From the NCBI GenBank assembly GCA_963790205.1, contig CAWBNQ010000014.1:288001-352000 (forward strand): a DNA stretch of 64,000 bases, given 5' to 3'. The first letter of the stretch is position 1, and every line of letters starts with the position of its first letter. A program made the position numbers and the translations under genes. This stretch comes from Nitrospirota bacterium (GTDB taxonomy: Bacteria; Nitrospirota; UBA9217). Shown here piece by piece: positions 60,950-64,000 of the stretch. A model generated the notes under the pieces. It did no database searches. It was not told where the DNA came from and worked only from the letters and a program-made list of their open reading frames with translations.

Positions 60950-61966
60950 TTACGGCCGCAGCAGCGTCTTGATCGCGCGGCGCTCGTCCATGGCGCGATA
61001 GCCCTCCGCCACCTGGTCGAGAGGCAGGGTCATATCGAAGACCTTGCCGGGATTGATCTTGCCGTTCAAGGTAAGGTCAATCAGGTTGGGCAGGAAGCGG
61101 CGAACCGGCGCCGGACCGCCGTGAAGGTGAACATGAGCGAAGAACAGCTGTTGTCCATCGAGCTCGACTCCGTGCGGGACACCGACAAAACCCACGTACC
61201 CGCCCGGCCGGGTAGCTCGGATCGCTTGCATCATCGATTCCTGGGTGCCGACACATTCCAGCACCGCATCCGCGCCGATCCCCTTGGTCATCTCCTTGAT
61301 ACGGGCAACGCCCGCGTCACCGCGTTCGGTCACGATATCGGTCGCGCCGAACTCACAGGCAAGCTTCTTCCTCGTCTCGTGACGGCTCATCGCGATGATC
61401 CGACCAGCGCCCATCTGCTTTGCCGAGAGCACGCCGAGCAGCCCGACCGCACCGTCGCCGACCACGGCGACCGTTTTGCCCGGCTTCACATCCGCCGCGA
61501 CCGCAGCAAACCAGCCGGTGCCCATGACATCCGAGAGCGTCAAGAGGCTCGGGATCATGTCAGCCGAAGGAATCGCAGGGGTAGGCACAAGGGTGCCGTT
61601 CGCATTCGGAATGCGTAGAAAAGGCGCTTGGGCTCCGAGGACCAGCTCCCGGTCCCGGCAGGAGGATTGATAGCCGATCTGACATGTGGGACAGGTATTG
61701 TCGGAGCTGAAGAATGATCCGATAACGAACTGTCCGGGCTTGACCGACCGCACGGCGCTGCCGACTTCCTCGACAATGCCGCAGTATTCATGGCCCATCG
61801 GTGTTGGTTCGTTGACCGGCTGAAGCCCGCGATAGGGCCACAGGTCGGACCCGCACACGCAGGTCGCCGAGATCCTGATGATGGCATCTGTCGGCTTTAC
61901 GATTTTAGGGTCATCGCGTTCTTCAAAACGTATATCGCGCGGCCCGTAGAGAACAGTACCTTTCAT
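60950..61966 (-). CDS. Zinc-dependent alcohol dehydrogenase (MDR, FDH-like)
   Basis: CVCGSDLW, GHEYCG, LSDVMGTG, VGDGAVG. Confidence 0.93.
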   Translation of the reverse strand: MKGTVLYGPRDIRFEERDDPKIVKPTDAIIRISATCVCGSDLWPYRGLQPVNEPTPMGHEYCGIVEEVGSAVRSVKPGQFVIGSFFSSDNTCPTCQIGYQSSCRDRELVLGAQAPFLRIPNANGTLVPTPAIPSADMIPSLLTLSDVMGTGWFAAVAADVKPGKTVAVVGDGAVGLLGVLSAKQMGAGRIIAMSRHETRKKLACEFGATDIVTERGDAGVARIKEMTKGIGADAVLECVGTQESMMQAIRATRPGGYVGFVGVPHGVELDGQQLFFAHVHLHGGPAPVRRFLPNLIDLTLNGKINPGKVFDMTLPLDQVAEGYRAMDERRAIKTLLRP

Positions 61967-61990
61967 GGTGTATCTCCTTTATTTATGATA

Positions 61991-62428
61991 TCATGGGGTC
62001 TTGTCTTTCTCGACCTGAATCGTACCGGACATCTCCGGTATATGCTCACCCCCCGATGTGACATGTCCCAGCTCATACAATCCACGGGCTGATTTGAATC
62101 CTTTGTAGAACATCACGACGTCTCCCCAGGGGGAGTAATAAGCAAGTGTTCCTGCCCGGCCGCTATCGGCCAGCGGAGTATCAGCGGTGTTCAGTTTCTT
62201 TGGCGGGTAGAAAATCTTCTCGTTGTTGCTATAATTCTCTACCGTGATGCTCAGCGGCAGCTGGGCATACAGATCCCGAGCTGCCGGACTGGAGTTGAGT
62301 TCGAACACCGTGGTATTCCCGTTTGCCTTCACGCGTATTTTCATGGCCATTTGTTTCTCCGCTGCATTGGAGTAAGCAATGAGCATACAGATCGCAAGTC
62401 CGACAAAAACAGATAGAGTACGATTCAT
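61991..62428 (-). CDS. Exported cyclophilin-like fold protein
   Basis: Signal peptide, AARDLYAQLPL, NEKIFY, GTLAYYSPWGDVVMFY, LYELG. Confidence 0.85.
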   Translation of the reverse strand: MNRTLSVFVGLAICMLIAYSNAAEKQMAMKIRVKANGNTTVFELNSSPAARDLYAQLPLSITVENYSNNEKIFYPPKKLNTADTPLADSGRAGTLAYYSPWGDVVMFYKGFKSARGLYELGHVTSGGEHIPEMSGTIQVEKDKTP

Positions 62429-62457
62429 CGGATTTCTCCGGCCGCGCCACTATCTAG

Positions 62458-63790
62458 CAGTTTGCTGAAAAAGTCCTTTTCAAACGTGATGTAAATGCGT
62501 ATAGTGGCGCAACGGCAGTTGACAAGGAGGCCACATGCGCGGTGAAAACGAGATTCAGAGCGGGATGTTCAGTTACTTTTCTCCTGAACAGCGTGTCCCG
62601 GCCCAGCATCCTCTGCGGGCGATCAAAGCCCATGCGGATACGGTTCTTGCAGAGCTTTCGCCGGTCTTCGACTCCATGTACAGCAACATGGGGCGGCCGT
62701 CGATCCCGCCGGAGAGGCTGCTGAAATCCCAGCTCTTGATCGCCCTGTACTCGGTGCGTTCCGAAACCCAGTTCTGCGAAATGGTGGATTATAACATTCT
62801 CTTCCGCTGGTTTTTGGATATGGACCTGGAAGAGTCGTCCTTCGATCCCACGACGTTCACGAAGAACCGGGATCGGCTTCTGGAACATCGGGTGGCCGTG
62901 AAGTTTTTTGATCGTGTGGTTAACATCGCCCGGAAAGGCGGGCTGCTCTCGGATGATCATTTTACGGTGGACGGCAGCCTTATTGAGGCCTGCGCCAGTC
63001 TGAAGAGCTTCCGTCCCAAGGACGAGGACCCTTCGGACCGCCCGACGACGGACGATGATCCGGGAAATCCCACGGTGAACTTTCGGGGTGAGAAACGGTC
63101 GAACAAGACTCATGCTTCTACCACTGATCCCGAGTCTCGTTTGATGAAGAAGAGCGCGGGCAAGGAGGCTAAGCTTTCTTTCGGCGCCCATGCCTTGATG
63201 GAGAACCGAAACGGCCTGCTGGTCGACATCACCGTTACCCCGGCAACGGGTGATGCGGAACGGGAGGCGGCCAAGGATATGCTTACCCGTCAGGCGCGGA
63301 AACGCGTTAAACCCAAGACCATCGGTGCCGATAAGGGCTACGATACCCAGGGCTTTGTTGAGGCCATGCGGGGCAGAGAGATCACGCCGCATGTTGCGGC
63401 CAACACCGAAAGAAGAGGCGGCTCTGCCATAGATGGACGCACCACGCGGCACGAAGGATACAACATCAGCCAGCGAATCCGAAAACGGGTGGAAGAGATC
63501 TTCGGATGGCTCAAGAGCATCGGCGGTTTCAGGCGGACACGGTACAAGGGAAGAGATCGAATCCACCTTCAAGCCTTGTTCGTCGGAGCTGCATACAACC
63601 TGCTGCGAATAGTAAATATCCAACGGCGAACTGCGGCTGCTACATAGCAAAAGCGCAGTAGAATCCCGATAATGGGTGCCGAAAGGCGATCTTGAATGAG
63701 CTACAAAGTGTGTCATAGGCTTTGCAGTAGGATAAAAATCAAGCTCCGAATAGAATTTTTTAAACTGAAGGCCACTTTTTCAGCGGCCTG
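62458..63790 (+). mobile_element. IS5-family insertion sequence, 1333 bp, CTAG target duplication
   Basis: IRL cagtttgctgaaaaagt, IRR actttttcagcggcctg (14/17 match), CTAG at 62454-62457 and 63791-63794. Confidence 0.93.
62535..63647 (+). CDS. IS5-family DDE transposase
   Basis: HPLRAIK, GRPSIPPERLL, TVDGSLIEA, GADKGYD, RKRVEEIFGWLK. Confidence 0.95.
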   Translation: MRGENEIQSGMFSYFSPEQRVPAQHPLRAIKAHADTVLAELSPVFDSMYSNMGRPSIPPERLLKSQLLIALYSVRSETQFCEMVDYNILFRWFLDMDLEESSFDPTTFTKNRDRLLEHRVAVKFFDRVVNIARKGGLLSDDHFTVDGSLIEACASLKSFRPKDEDPSDRPTTDDDPGNPTVNFRGEKRSNKTHASTTDPESRLMKKSAGKEAKLSFGAHALMENRNGLLVDITVTPATGDAEREAAKDMLTRQARKRVKPKTIGADKGYDTQGFVEAMRGREITPHVAANTERRGGSAIDGRTTRHEGYNISQRIRKRVEEIFGWLKSIGGFRRTRYKGRDRIHLQALFVGAAYNLLRIVNIQRRTAAAT

Positions 63791-64000
63791 CTAGAATGTC
63801 GCAGCATCAATCACGTATCTGTAGCGAGCCTTTTTATTCACCACATTCTCCCAGGCTTCATTGACCTGTTCGGCCTTTATGATCTGTATTTGTGGGTGAA
63901 CTTTATGGTCCGCACAGTAATTGACCACGTCTTGCGTTTCCTTCATGCCGCCGATCAGGGAAGCGTTGAAGTTTACCCGGCTGATGGAAAGGCCGAGGTT
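63791..64000 (-). CDS. NAD(P)-dependent alcohol dehydrogenase, cinnamyl-ADH/YahK-like (C-terminal part only)
   Basis: Manual translation: ...SLIGGMKETQDVVNYCADHKV...VNEAWENVVNKKARYRYVIDAATF*. Confidence 0.85.
   Translation of the reverse strand, partial: NLGLSISRVNFNASLIGGMKETQDVVNYCADHKVHPQIQIIKAEQVNEAWENVVNKKARYRYVIDAATF

Noticed and set aside
62454..63716. 420 aa minus-strand ORF
   Set aside because: Antisense shadow of the IS5 transposase.

Overview
Bacterial window, probably Desulfobacterota- or Nitrospirota-like (inferred from gene content). Positions 1-47,734 are one co-oriented minus-strand surface-polysaccharide/surface-protein locus that runs off the left edge. Its core matches the exosortase-A/PEP-CTERM-associated EPS loci: priming sugar transferase, Wza-like export protein, chain-length determinant, tyrosine kinase, ExeA-like ATPase, OM beta-barrel, polysaccharide deacetylase, FemAB-like protein and DegT. 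It also has a UpxY-like antiterminator and Wzm/Wzt. The prsT-like TPR gene is reduced to a fused N+C remnant, and no exosortase or PEP-CTERM protein is visible. The locus instead carries (i) three mosaic secreted DUF2341/beta-propeller/lectin proteins, two ending in dockerin-like domains and flanking a cohesin-like lipoprotein; (ii) a dispersed stand-alone adenylation enzyme, carrier protein and prolyl-PCP-dehydrogenase-like set, with a GNAT, a DesI-like aminotransferase and an acyltransferase; and (iii) a GT2/flippase/GT-C trio. On the right lie glmS, a sigma54 two-component/GAF/GGDEF regulatory block, a PAP2 gene, an integrase remnant with a 3'-half tRNA-Glu att site, a small redox gene cluster and an intact IS5-family element with a CTAG duplication. 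All family calls come from motif recognition by eye; no database searches were run.
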